A stretch of 64,000 bases of DNA from Eledone cirrhosa (taxonomy: Eukaryota), in contig OZ024747.1 of assembly GCA_964016885.1 (NCBI GenBank), positions 15,376,001 through 15,440,000 on the forward strand, read 5' to 3'. Positions within the stretch are counted from its first letter, which is position 1, and each line of letters starts with the position of its first letter. A model generated the notes under the pieces. It was not told the DNA's origin, did no database searches, and saw only the letters and a program-made list of their open reading frames with translations. This document shows positions 1 through 15,194 of this stretch, piece by piece. A program made the position numbers and the translations under genes.

Positions 1-1135
1 CGTGAGGTAAATTAATGACTATATAGATAAGTATGCATATAGATATACAGACCGGGAAAGGGGTAAAGACGAGCAATGAAAATATGCAAAAGTAAAAACT
101 CTCAAATAGAAAAGAGAAAAAAATATGTGTACATCGTATAGTTACTGATATGACGTTAAGCAGTAAATATAGCACACACATAGATAAATACACAAACACA
201 CACATACATAAATACACACACACACCCACATATACATAAATATACACACACAAACCTACACACAAAACACACAAATGTATGCACACTCGCGCCCATTCAT
301 CCACACAAACACACACCCATGTATACACATATTAAAACGCCATCAGCATACTTTATCTTAATTTTGTAGGTGAATACAAAGAATTGAATGGCAATCTAGT
401 GAATAAGCTCAGAAAAAAAGTAATGAAAAAATTATAAATAAACTAAAAGTAAATATGTAGACGTGTAAATATGTAAATAAATAAAGAAAACATATATATA
501 TATATAGAGAAAATAGTGCTGTAGTGGGTAGGAAAAGATGTTCATCCATTCGTACACTTAGCAATCAACGAAGCACAAAGGCATTCTCTAAGTCGAAACG
601 CTGTCAAGAATCTTACATTCATAAAGTTGATGAGGTCAAACTGAGAATGACAAGTACGATTAGTTTTTTTGTTGGCGGCTATTTTCAAAACCATGACACC
701 AATTATAAGTCATGGAACTATTCTTTTCGTTTATAAAAGCGTGTTATCGTTTATCGCGAGTCTGCCTGTGCCACTTGCTTTTTCTCATATTTCCTTCCTT
801 CTATTTGCTGAGTTACACCGAAAAACTCAAAGTCGAACATTGACCATCTTTTGTCTTCTGTAATATTGATTTTATGTATGACTGGGCACAGATATAAACA
901 CCCCACCCCAGCAGAAACACAGAGGAGGAATAGTAAAAAAAAGAAGAAAGGAAAAAAATAGTAGATAAACTTTGACGTTGTGACGTTCATGGCTTTATCA
1001 AAATAACTAACGACAGAAATTATCTTGTCTAAGAGAGACACAGAGATGGCTGTGGATTAGATGTCCACTTCTGGACCACGTAAGCTTGTGACTGACCCAC
1101 CAGGGGAAGTTTGCTGTGTATGTAAGAATATGTAT

Positions 1136-1327
1136 AATTGTTTCTACTTTTGGCACAAGGTCAGCAATTACACCAGTGCATCACTGGTACTTTATTTTAT
1201 CGACCCCCGTAAGGATTAAAGGCAAAGTTAACCTCGGAGGGAGTTGAACTCAGAACGTAAAGGACCATAACTCTTTGCTGCAAAGCACGTTGTCTGACGC
1301 TCTACCGATACTGCCAATCAACCGCCT
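1136..1327 (-). mobile_element. tRNA-derived SINE (Meta-domain-like family), full length
   Basis: On the minus strand: A-box-like TGGCAGTATCGG, B-box-like GAGTTCAACTCC, core close to TTTGCCTTTCATCCTTACGGGGTCGATAAAATAAAGTACCAG, and GTAGAAACAATT tail; about 20 related copies in the window. Confidence 0.9.
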
Positions 1328-2282
1328 ATGTATAATATATATGAGATCTACGGTGAAATTTACCAGATTCTCTTTCATTTAGATATCATACACAGACAAT
1401 CAGTGCCTCGCAATATGAATACATCGGGTGGGAAAATAAAAGTAGTCAGCTGAGTGTATCGTCACAAATTTCAAAATCTCACATGCTTTTCAGTACTATG
1501 AGAACCCTAATGGCTTGAGCAAACCTACGTCTTTGTGAATAATTTAAGATAATGCAGTGGAAGCGGGTATGGTAAGATATAAATAGATCTCCTCAGCGAA
1601 GCATATCCACTTAGCAAGCGGGCTAAGGAAGGAATGTCAGCTAAAGATATAGTTGTATAAGGGAAGTAAATTATGCACTGATTATGTGTGTCAACGCAGG
1701 GAAAAGGCAAAACACAATTTACTTCAGGCAAATACTCTCCGCAGACACATTCTTCTCTAACGTTTGGAAAAATCAGACACACACACACATGCATACATGC
1801 AACCAATAACACGTACATCTGCATACATATATACACATATATAGAAGTGTATGTGTATGTATGCATTTTCTTTTAAATACTTTTGTTTTATGCGTAAAAT
1901 CTATATATAAATTGTTATATATCAACGTCAGCACCAAGTCATAAAACGTCACTGACGATGGATAAAGACCATGAAATGACAGTATTTAGCGTTCTCATAC
2001 TCGTACTGAGATAGCTGTGACATGAACACGGCTTAAAATACCCACAGGGACTTATGAATGGACACATTATTTATGCTTCCAAACGCACCTCTTCTTCTCT
2101 CCCTCTTCCTCTCTTTCATATGTGTATACATGGTTGTGTCTAACATATTACTAAATCTGAGAAGACTGGCATTTTTAAGACTTAACCGTTAACAAATGGA
2201 TGCTAAACTACTCTGAATATAAAATATGTATATAATATAAACCACTTTAGTTTTGAGCACTTACTACTTGCATTTGTTATCA

Positions 2283-2305
2283 CAAATATACGGATATATA
2301 TAATG

Positions 2306-2353
<48 letters not shown>

Positions 2354-2376
2354 CATTATATATATCCGTATATTTG
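2283..2376. repeat. Palindrome centred on a (TA)n tract
   Basis: 26-bp arms CAAATATACGGATATATATAATGTAA / TTACATTATATATATCCGTATATTTG around pure (TA)n. Confidence 0.9.
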
Positions 2377-4521
2377 AGATGAAATAGAATACCACTAAAC
2401 CTGTTCGCAAATCAAATAGTCATGTATTAACACAAATACATATAGAGATAATGTTGACAAAAGTGTTCGGGAGCAAGAGTTTATGAGAAATTTGATAAAT
2501 GTATTGTTGTAATGTTTTAGTTATGATAGTAGGTGTTAAAAAAGCTTCTGTTGATACTTTATTTCGCGTTTAACATGAGTGGAGCATTCTTCGGTTTCGA
2601 CGATGAATATTCCGTCTATTCAATCTACTGAATTGTATTTTTGAAAACAATATAAGTGAGTTTGTGATTCGCGTTGAACATAGATAGCATTCTTCTAGCA
2701 TTGTTAATTTCTATGTTGAGTTTCTCACAGGCTTTGAGCGATAAAAGCATGCCAGCTTCATTAATGGTTGCATCGTTTGAGATTTTGTATGTTGAGACAG
2801 TCACAAGCTATTAGCTTTTAGATTTACTAAATTGAGATTAAGATCTGGATAACAGTGACTACGGTATGCTCTGAAGACTGATGACGTCTATAGCGTTTCA
2901 GTTCGCGTTTAGTACTAGCTAATCAAGTCTACCAAGAAGACCGATTATGTTGACATTGAAGGTGTTAAATAAGGAATCATGCTTGCATTTAAGACGGAGT
3001 TTTCATATCCACCATCTGCTCTATACCGAATAGTCTAACTAGAAGATTCCCGGGTGGAGAGTGTTCTATTATTAACCTTTGAGATTGAGATATAAGTTCA
3101 GAAAGACCAGCTACAACAGGAGGTTGGAATTATATGGTAAGGGGTTGAACAATCCATCTTTAAATTAAAGTTAGCAATGTAAGAATCCAGGAGAAATACT
3201 GCAGGAACGAAAGTCAAAGACAACACTTCACTATAGAACCCCAATGCATACGTTTTCGCAGCTTGAAATACATTAGTATTATGTGATATTTATACAAAAT
3301 ATGTTTTGTTTCCAAGTCAAATGTGTGAAATGTTTTCCTTATTTTTTTGTCTTTCATTTTATCAAGCTACCTCTCAATGGGATCGAAATTTAGTCCCTAT
3401 TATCAAATTACACATTTGGCCATGCAGCACTAGTTAACCACTATACCTTCCACATCTTATTTCTAAAAGGAAATGAAAAGGCAGACTAAATGTTAGTTGG
3501 ACCATAACGCGTCAATTGTAAAGTACTAAACAGTTTTAAATATTAAAGATGCTTAAAAGCAAATTAACAGATTGTTATCACGGTTTGTTGTACAAAGATA
3601 TAATGGTAAAAACTGTGTATTATTTCTATTCACCGACAAATATCGAAACAAAAAGATATGCCAAAGAAAAAACAAACAACAACAACAACAACAACAACAC
3701 AGGCACAGACGCTGACAAACACACATAAATGTACTTTGTTATTCACATTGTCCGAACACATGATTTTGACAGTTTCACCACTGACGTGAACAGAAATGGC
3801 CTTGAGTCGTTCAAATGATAAAGGCAGTGACATCTGAACAGCCATAAAACCTACAGTGGAAATGTTCGGCTTTTGTTTCATCAGGAGAGCTGAATAAAAG
3901 ATTAGAAATGGGTAGGGAAGGACGTGAAACAGGTGCAAGACAAGTTTCAAACAAAAATATTTTCAAGGAGGCGGATAATAAATCGTCCCGATCAAAGACC
4001 ACTGAAAGAAAAATATCATGAAACAAAAGGAGGTTTTTCTCTATTCTATTTCATTGTTCGCAGGGGATAATCTCATTTCTTCGCCATTTTACGAGCATGA
4101 AAAGAACCACTCCTTATCCTTTTGTAATATGAACAATATGAGAATTAAAGTAATAATAGAGTAGATTATTGATTGATTAATCTCCGGTTTCCAACAGTAA
4201 ATCCTCACAGACAAAATGAAAATTAAACAAAGAAATCTCTCCTAAAAAATTTAAAAGTACAAAATAGAGGGAAACAAAACATAAACAAAAATGTTCAGAC
4301 CTATAAGTAGCTAAAGTATTTTTGTTGTTTATCAATAGAAAAATAAATACCTTTATAATCTAATAAAAAGGTTTCACTGAAATAATTTTATAATTTCGCA
4401 TTATAATGTAGCCGGGATTACGCACACATACACACTCATACCACGTACCACGCACACAAACTCACACATATAATTTATACATATATATAATCTCTCTCCC
4501 TCTCTCTCTCACTCTCTCTCA

Positions 4522-4617
<96 letters not shown>

Positions 4618-4671
4618 AGATATATCCCACTGTTGTAACTGATTATATATATATATATATACATATATATG

Positions 4672-4721
<50 letters not shown>

Positions 4722-5239
4722 GGGGGGGGGGGATTATGTAGCACTATTCAGCGATCAAGTAGTATTGCTTGCATCTAAATTTCTTTTATTTACAGATGGA
4801 TAAACGCACACCTGTTATATCATACAAACACAGACCCCACACTCCCCACACACACGTTGAGCCAACTTATAGAGCTTCATATGCAAATGAGATTAACCAC
4901 CTCATTTACACAGACGAAAATACTATATATTTCCCCCTGTTTTCAAAGTCCAGCAGTTGCAAGAGCAGTTGCAAGATCGTCCTGACAAGAAGCAGTCGAG
5001 TTCTAAATGCATCGACGATTGTCCCCCCTTGCTTCTGCCGGACACCAACTGGTAGCGTCAGCTGCCAGTGTGTTGTACATACATATATACGGCTTTCTAA
5101 ATGTTTATTTATAAACATACCGTATTTCTTTAGAAATACGAAAACAAAAATAACACGAACGACACACACGCACACACAGCACATACACACACGCACACAC
5201 ATACACACATGTATGTGTGTGTATATATATACACATACA

Positions 5240-5878
5240 TGGAGGTATATGATTTTTAAAGCGATGATATACCAATGAAGGTTGGAAAATCACTGATGAA
5301 GGACTATTTTTATCATATGTAACCCATGTGCAACCACGCAGTTTTCATTCTTCTCATGTCTTTTATATATATTTTCCCCAGCTGCGTTTGTCTGTTTCTC
5401 TCTTACTGCTTCCCCCCTCTCTGTTTATCTTACCTTCTTTCGCCCCCTCTGTCAGTCACACTTTCTCTCGACTGGCCTCTTACTCTCACTTCCACTCACT
5501 CACTCTCTGCTTCTCACTTCCTCCCGTTTGGCCTGAAGTGGGGTCTTTTCTTGCTCACACCTCACTCGCGTCGAACGGTCTGTTGCCTCTCGCTCATGAA
5601 ATCCACACAGCTTAAGCTGATCGGACTCCCATGTGCTTGGTTTTTCCTATCTTAGCGTTGCTATCCTTCTATGTTTGTTTACTTGTCTCGCTCGCTTTAC
5701 GCGATTTACTTGTCCCAATAGCTTTATTTAGCTATTGCTCGCACCAACTGGATGTATATCATTTTTAAAGCGATGAAATACCACTGAAGGTTGGAAAATC
5801 ACTGATGAAGGACTATTTTTATCATATGTAACCAATGTGCAACCACGCAGTATTCATTATTCTCATGTTTTATATATA
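5240..5878 (+). mobile_element. Small element with ~130-bp direct terminal repeats (TRIM/retrozyme-like or tandem pLTR)
   Basis: 5240-5371 nearly identical to 5749-5878; both contain CTGATGAAGGACT; non-coding pyrimidine-rich ~380-bp interior; microsatellite flanks. Confidence 0.6.
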
Positions 5879-5894
5879 TACATATATATATATA

Positions 5895-6092
5895 TAGTGA
5901 CGAAATATAAGGCAATTGCATGAACTCATAATCCTTTATTTACTGCTATATATATTTAACAGTAAATAAAGGATTATGAGTTCATGCAATTGACTTATGT
6001 TTCGTCACTATTACAACTCCGGAACTTATATCTTCGTTGAGTGCTCCCTATCCGCATACTGAAGTATTGGATTTTACCAACACTTTCTTGCT
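5895..6092 (+). mobile_element. Foldback element in (TA)n with one-sided 3' extension
   Basis: Inverted arms 5895-5945 / 5960-6010, then extension containing ACTC...GAGTGCT; (TA)n on both sides. Confidence 0.75.
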
Positions 6093-6195
6093 TATATATA
6101 TATATATATATGATATTAATAAATGATATATATATATATGATATTAATATATGATATATATATATATGATATTAATATATGATATATATATATAT

Positions 6196-6605
6196 GATAT
6201 TAATAAATGGAAATTATATTTATAAAACCATATTTATTTCATTATACATATTTCAGGGATACCAAATTAAATCATGGTATGCCTTCATCAGACAAAATAC
6301 AATATATAACAGTTTTACATTATTTTTGGAAGCCATCTGGATGGCTTCCAAAAATAATGGTTGCATTTTAAAAGGGTACGCCAAAGCTTATTTGTAAAAC
6401 TGTTATATATTGTATTTTGTCTGATGAAGGCATACCATGATTTAATTTGGTATCCCTGAAATATGTATAATGAAATAAATATGGTTTTATAAATATAATT
6501 TCCATTTATTAATATCGTATATCTACTCCAAATATTTGTCGAGTGCTTTATATCAGTTATAAAAATATTTACTTGTTGTATCCCAACAATTTTAAATAGA
6601 ACTTT

Positions 6606-6608
<3 letters not shown>
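6196..6608 (+). mobile_element. Hammerhead-bearing foldback element (Penelope-like pLTR pair) in (TA)n
   Basis: Arms 6196-6319 / 6393-6516 essentially perfect; inner hairpin 6318-6359; extension 6517-6608 with ACTC...GAGTGCT. Confidence 0.85.
6413..6478 (+). ncRNA. Hammerhead ribozyme-like motif (mirror copy on - strand at ~6234-6299)
   Basis: CTGATGA-AGGCATACCA-loop-TGGTATCCCT-GAAA; 9 of 10 bp in stem II. Confidence 0.75.
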
Positions 6609-6675
<67 letters not shown>

Positions 6676-6676
6676 A

Positions 6677-6782
<106 letters not shown>

Positions 6783-9025
6783 GTATATATAATTCGTGGT
6801 ATTTAGACATTTAGATAGATGCGACTCTACGTTCTGGGTTCAACTTCCCTCAAGGTTAATTTTGCCTTCATCATTCTGGGGTTAATATATAAACTACTGA
6901 TAACTTACTGGTGTCGATTTAACCGAATTTCCCCTTCTCCACACTGACTTGTTTTCTTAAAATAGAAATCGTTGATGCGGTGGGGCGGGAGGCTTTGTTG
7001 GCTAATCCTGCCTGCTGGATATAACAACAAAAGCTTCCTCAATTCACAGTTTTAGGTGTTTTAAAAAGAGTGTTCCTGATTCACAATGCTGGAAAATAAA
7101 AATATAAATGCCAGGATTGCGAGGGATTCAATATTTTTTTTATTATAGACTTTTCTCAATCAAGATCGACCAAGGACGTATCAGGAACAGCTAGAACAAG
7201 AAGAACAAATAAAGTGTATTGTTGTTAAAGTCAAAATACTCACAAAGGTCTCTTCGCTTTGGTTCTATATCAGAAATGCTCCTCGTTTATTTGATGTAAG
7301 CGGAGGACAGTTGTCTTCATATCTTGTTTTACTATTGCAATAACATTATCCAAGAACGTGACAGCGATGTTAGTAAAATGTCTTTTATTATATTTTCTAT
7401 TTCCATTGAGTAAGTTCACCTAGAATGTTGATCTCCCATCATCCTATAGATAAATAATAACAAAACTTAAATCAAATAAATATATGGCGTAGACATCTGC
7501 ATGATACTTGTATCTAATGATTGCTGTTTTTATTAATGATGATTCTGAAGAGAAAACTAATGCTACTTCATATGAATCACTGATAGTGGTTCGCAGACTA
7601 TCCAGTGATGTCTTCTGCACGAATAATTTATGAATATGTGAAGGCTCACATTTAGAGCATAGCATCGAGAAGAAACATTCACTAGTATTCATGATTTATC
7701 CCTGTCAAGAAAAGCATGTGGTACTATTCTGAAATCCAAATTAATGAATAATGAATAGGGAAGCGAATCTAATATTTTAGTAATAACATTGACAACTCCC
7801 GTCTTATTTGATAATCTCAGCGACACAAACTTTTGACCAGTACTTATCTGATCATTGGGGCAAGAGCGTTAAATATATTTGAATGAAATTACATTGAAAG
7901 CGACGCCACTAAAACTTTGATTGGAAGACATCATTTGGTTAGTGGGACATTTAAGGGATCCAGTGACTTTGTAAAATATTTCAAGTACATTGCATTCTGT
8001 TCATAGTTATTCTCAACCAGGAATGACCTCGGGTTAAGTAACAACAGAAACAGCATGACTGACTCTAGATATTCTTCTTGAGTGAACATCGTTTAATATA
8101 TTGCACAACTCTATAGATAGTCATTCTTAAAAACACCATCGGTGCGCCATCCCAGGGTCACTGAATTGTTGTGGGTCTTATGACAAACCCCTTCTAATAT
8201 GTGACATAGCCATGTTTGATCAAATTCCAGCCTCTGTTGATCTGACTTTCTACTGAAATCAGCGGTCACTTATACATTTGTGGAAGTCATTTAGATCTCT
8301 TTGCTTTTGTTTCCATGTTGTTCTTAGATCTCTTCTATTGCTCACACCATTAATTCAATTAATCTGGACGTAAACATGTTCAAGGTTAAAAGCATTGTTG
8401 TGATTATTTATTGTATTAAACAGCTACTATAAGGATAAATTTAATAAAAAGCTTAATTCATTATATTTTTGCGACATACTGAAAGAAAATAAAACGCTAT
8501 TTATATAGGAGAAAACGTTAATGCTGAAGATTTAAAGCGTAATTAATAGCTACACACCTCGTTATTATAGCTATACTGGTGATGCAAATAACTAGATGAA
8601 ATCAATACTAACCTTTGACTGCTATTTAATCTCGAGTTCAGTATTAATATTGTTTAAAAAATATACAAATCGAAAGTCATATAATAAAATACCTATTTGC
8701 CTTTCTCCCAAGAACTTGCAATATAATTTGCCGATATAGTGAGAAGCTTTCATATTTCAAAACAAAATCAAATAAAAAATGATTAAAAAAAATATTTTTC
8801 AACATTTATTTTGAACGAAACAAAACATATATCATTTCTGAACGTACAAGTTGTCAATAGTGATGTATTAAATTTCAAATGTATGCTGTTTTTTTTATTT
8901 GCGTAAACTACGTTATCTATTATAAAAAAGTAGTTCGTAAATTCTATTAAAGATAGAGGCAAATAATTGAATATACGAGGATGCTATAGTCTGGGGAAAA
9001 TTAATGAATAATAATAATAACAATA

Positions 9026-9618
<593 letters not shown>

Positions 9619-10196
9619 CTGTGGGGGCTGTAGACACTCACACACATCATAATATTAATATAATGCTGGATCAAGCGCTTTATGTTATTTTTTTTTAAAT
9701 ATATTCACTACTTGTGAAATAACAGAGATAAAGCAAATAATAGGCTCGGCAATAAATTACATAGGAATCGGCCATATTATTTTCTGACTTACAGATGAAA
9801 TTGTCATAAATGTGTATTTTAGTTTCATAAATCAAAGTCAGAATAAGCACTAGAATGGAGCGTGCAAAATGACGGTAATTTAGTTGTGTAGAATTGTTTT
9901 ATTTGAAATAGAATATGTACGCATGCATGTATATATGGATTCATGTGTGTATGTGTATTTATACCCCCCGCCCCCACATATATATATATATATGTTTGTG
10001 TGTGTGAGAGTGTGTGTGTGTATATATATATATTACATATAAATAAACGTAAATATACAAATATACATATATCAATATATACATATATGTTGTTTACACA
10101 CGTACGGGCACCACTTATATAATGTATATATATATAACTTAAAATCACATATTGCATATATATATATATATAAACACACACACATACACACACACG

Positions 10197-10227
<31 letters not shown>

Positions 10228-10491
10228 GTGTATATATATATATAAATATATATATATAAATTAAAATCACATATATGTAGGCTGGAAAGTATTTTGTCAA
10301 TAACCAATAATAGAATACTAAATTATTTGTGTTGGCTAAGATGGTTTTAATATGAAATTTACTATCTACACAGACAGTATATGAATTCCAATCAATGTTA
10401 CTGTTAATATTTATATTTAGTCACAGTTCGATTGTGGTCTTGTCGACCAACACTCTAAAGTGCTAGGATCGAATATTCTCATATTTAAAAA

Positions 10492-10665
10492 ATAATTGTT
10501 TCTACTTTTTAGGGCAAGGTCAGAAATTATCTCAGTGCGTGACTGGTGCTTTATTTTATCTACCCCGTAAGGATGAAAGGCAAAGTTAACCTTGGCGGGA
10601 TTTGATCTCGTGTCATAAAGGGGCTACAAAGCATGACGTCCAGCCCTCTATTGATACTGCCAATA
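10492..10665 (-). mobile_element. tRNA-derived SINE, internally deleted
   Basis: Core CCCCGTAAGGATGAAAGGCAAAGTTAACC plus tail. Confidence 0.85.
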
Positions 10666-12037
10666 CATGACAACTAATTGTAGCCCAGGACTCATCAACA
10701 CTCTGTTTTGTCAGAACCTCATCGGACACATTCCTCTCGCCGACAGAGTGGAAATGAATGTATAGATAGACAGAGATTCTGTTAACAACCACCCATTCAC
10801 ATGTTGATTTAATAATGTAGCACACTTAAGGGAGACCGAGAGAGGAGCCAAACTACGTATTTGACTCATTCTTTATTATAGAATGAAGTACAAATTTAAC
10901 CTCGGCACTATTTGGACATAGACTTTAAAGAGCCGGTACATATTCCACAGTCAATTGTCCCATTTGCTCTCGGTTTTGTCTGTCGTACGCTATTTAGTCG
11001 GATACGGTTGTTATTTCTAGCAGTTCAAGTTGAGTAAGTTAATGCTTCCATAATACAGAATTAAAATCTGCTCTGCAGCATTCCGTTCAATACATTCTCT
11101 TTCAATATCAGTTATATCTGAGATTTTACTTTGTTTCAGAATGAATACCTTAATGTACGTATCGTTTCTGTCATATACTTGTCAGCGGATATCTGTGATA
11201 AGAATGAAAAAAATACCTGGGTTTATTTCGCTAAGACGAATGCACGTTTTGCCATTCACCTATTCGTGGCTCCTGATCCCTGACGCACTCGTTGTTGCGT
11301 CGTCACGATATACAGCATGTCTTGAAAAAAAATGTTACGGTCTGTACACAGCTGATTTCTTACTAAAAAATGTGGTAGTTGATCCAAACAGAGGAGTGAT
11401 GCTTCATTTATCATGCTCGAGATAATGAAAACAAAAGTGACCGGCGTAACTGGAACTTAAGCATAGAAATCCGCAACGAAGATATCAAAAAAGTTTGCCC
11501 AACATACTGATGGCCCTGTCATTTCAGCGACTTAATTTTTTTTAGTCAGCTCACTTTTTATATCCAATACAGTAATTTATCTATAATGCTCTCCTACCTA
11601 AATGTGCATTGTGCGTAGCGTAGCGAAAAACAATAACAGATCATTATTTTATATACTACTGAAAAAGAATGTTGAAATGAAATAACTAAACCTCACTTAA
11701 CAAATACCATTGAGACGTTGTATGTATTTATTTATTTCTGACACCATATGTCAAAATACAAAAGAAATGTATTCTTAAAATACATAGCTTGCGTATCGAA
11801 CTAAAATTGCGAGGAGAGTATTTTAGAGTGTTCCATCCACCATTATGAGTCATAAAAGAAAGAAGGAGAAGAAAAAAATGGGGTCTGACTCTGGCTGATT
11901 AAGCACATATAACATATTTGACAATATTTTATTCGCTCGATTCAGAAGATGCATTCCCAATAAAAAATGTGTAATGGCTCTTATAAACATACGATCAGAG
12001 ATTTTGTGTATTTACTCATGAATGCGAGTGCGTGTGA

Positions 12038-12907
<870 letters not shown>

Positions 12908-13899
12908 TCGCGCCTGTGCTATGAATGCGAAAACATATGTGAATATAGATGTTTGCATATAAAATATAAGAATTAAATAATATATGGATTTATCGATGGG
13001 AATAATACGAATGAATACGAATTCATAACGCCATATGGTTTTTAAAAGATACTGGTGTAGCTAGAACAAACGCAACTTTAAAATTCCACTTTTATCAGGC
13101 AAATCAATTATTTCCAAATATTTTCTTTCAACGAATACAATGTTTTTTTTTCATTGTATAGATAAAGAGAAAAAAAAAATTGTAACACAAATAATAACAG
13201 CATAGAAATATGTTTCTTTCTAAAAAAATATAGCGAGAAAACAATAAAGTGAAAGACATATTTTAAAGAATTTTATGTCGTTTTTATATTCAGATTTATC
13301 CCTAACTATTTATTTTCATATTGGAACTTGCTCTATTTGTTCCATTTACGGACGAATGGAATCGTAAAAATAGCGGAAAATGTTTCTATTGTTGAATTAG
13401 ATCATCGCTTCCCAATGTTACTTCGAAAAAGTACTTTAATCGTTGATGTCTCCTACACTGTGATCGCAGGAAAAGAATAATTATTCAAATGAGTGGACAA
13501 AGCCAGCCGGAAGTTTCTTGCATGCAATAAAAGCCAAATCGCTCGTCATTGGAGACCCACAAAATTTACTAAAGGAGACACTAATTTCTAATCCTAAGCC
13601 TAGGTGGAAATGGTGCTCATGAGTTCATGTTAACACGTGGCATCCTTTATCTCTATGGTAAATGGCGGAAAAAGTTCTTGAAAACGCACAGCTATATCAT
13701 ATACATATACACACAGCTATATCATATACATATATACACATACATATATACACATACATATACATATATATAAATATAAATATATATATATGATATATAT
13801 ATATATTACATTGAATGTATATATGTATGTAAATATATATAAATATATACATATATACATATATATGTAAATATATATAATATATACATACTTACACAA

Positions 13900-13970
<71 letters not shown>

Positions 13971-14976
13971 TATACATGGACATATATATATAACATATAT
14001 ACATACTTACATATATTCATGTGTGTGTATGCATAATTGTGTGTATGAGAGAGAACGAGAGAATTTGAAGAGAAAATACGAGGCAAATAGATTTAATAGC
14101 TTGAAGAATACACAAGCGTCAATGAGTGAAATCGTTTCTTGTTTTTATAGCAATATATTTCTATATCTTTGTTTTCGTTTGAGTTGTTGCAACCGCGAAA
14201 AAATTGTTTCAAAGAACGCACAATATATAACTGCATTAACGATATAGTTTCGCTGGTGGTATATTCCAAAGCCCTTTCTCCAAGTACCGGTCACTCTCCG
14301 ACAGGTTTGCGGTCGTGCACTTTGCAGTGGAGACTTCTGGTGTCCTTGGCCCTCGAGCTACTTCCCTACTCACCACCATAGGCGCTGAGCTGGCCAGTCA
14401 CCAGTGTGAACCTCGCGAGTTGGAATGGCTCTTCTAGCGCATCTCCCTTACCATCCACCGGGGAAACGCCTTCTCCATTCTGTCTGCCGGGGTTGTGGGA
14501 AGGCCGGGACCTGGGATCCCATTTGCTCACCATGCAGAGAGATGGGGACGGCGAGGGAGATGGAGGCGATGACAGTGGTAGTTCGGCTCTTCCACGTTCG
14601 GATCATATCCCTGTGGTTGTGTTTAATGTAGTTGCGTATTACTGTCTTCCAAGGCGATGAAATAAAGTACCAGTAATGTACTGATATAACGCCTTTTACC
14701 GCTGAAAGTAGCTTGGCAAGCTGAAATGTTTGGTGATCGTTTCGATTTTCATTTACATGGGTAAAAATGTACAGTAGCAATTACACCAATACTAATTAGA
14801 ATTAATCAGAAGTAGCCTTGACACGGTTAGTTTCCTGTCACAAATGATGCTTGCGGATCACGAACATTGTAATAGTAAGCGCCCAGACGGGATAACCCTC
14901 TTTCCGTTCGATGGAAGTATTCCTTTCATATGGGATATTAATTGAATACATTACTTGTCATTAATAGTGGCTCCTG

Positions 14977-15194
14977 GGGCGGTGGATTGGAAATATCGGT
15001 AGAGAGTCGGACGCCATGCTTTGCAGCATAGAGTTACGACCTTCATGATCTGAGTTCAAATCCCACCGAGGTTAAATTTGCCTTTCATCCTTACGGGGTC
15101 GATAAAATAAAGCACAAATAATGCACTGGGGTCGATTTAATCAACTTTCCTCTCCCCCAAAATTGCTGGCCTTGTGCCTAAATAAGAAACCATT
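14977..15194 (+). mobile_element. tRNA-derived SINE, long subtype
   Basis: A/B boxes, conserved core and the extra GTCGATTTAATCAAC...CCCC segment. Confidence 0.9.

Noticed and set aside
751-1041. Possible host exon (EDKRWSMFDFEFFG...)
   Set aside because: No recognisable domain, weak splice acceptor and no partner exons
2870-2905. CTGAAGA/CTGATGA as a hammerhead
   Set aside because: No stem II followed by GAAA on the same strand
7740-8400. Possible highly decayed R4-like LINE remnant
   Set aside because: Only faint motif resemblance; cannot be supported without a profile search
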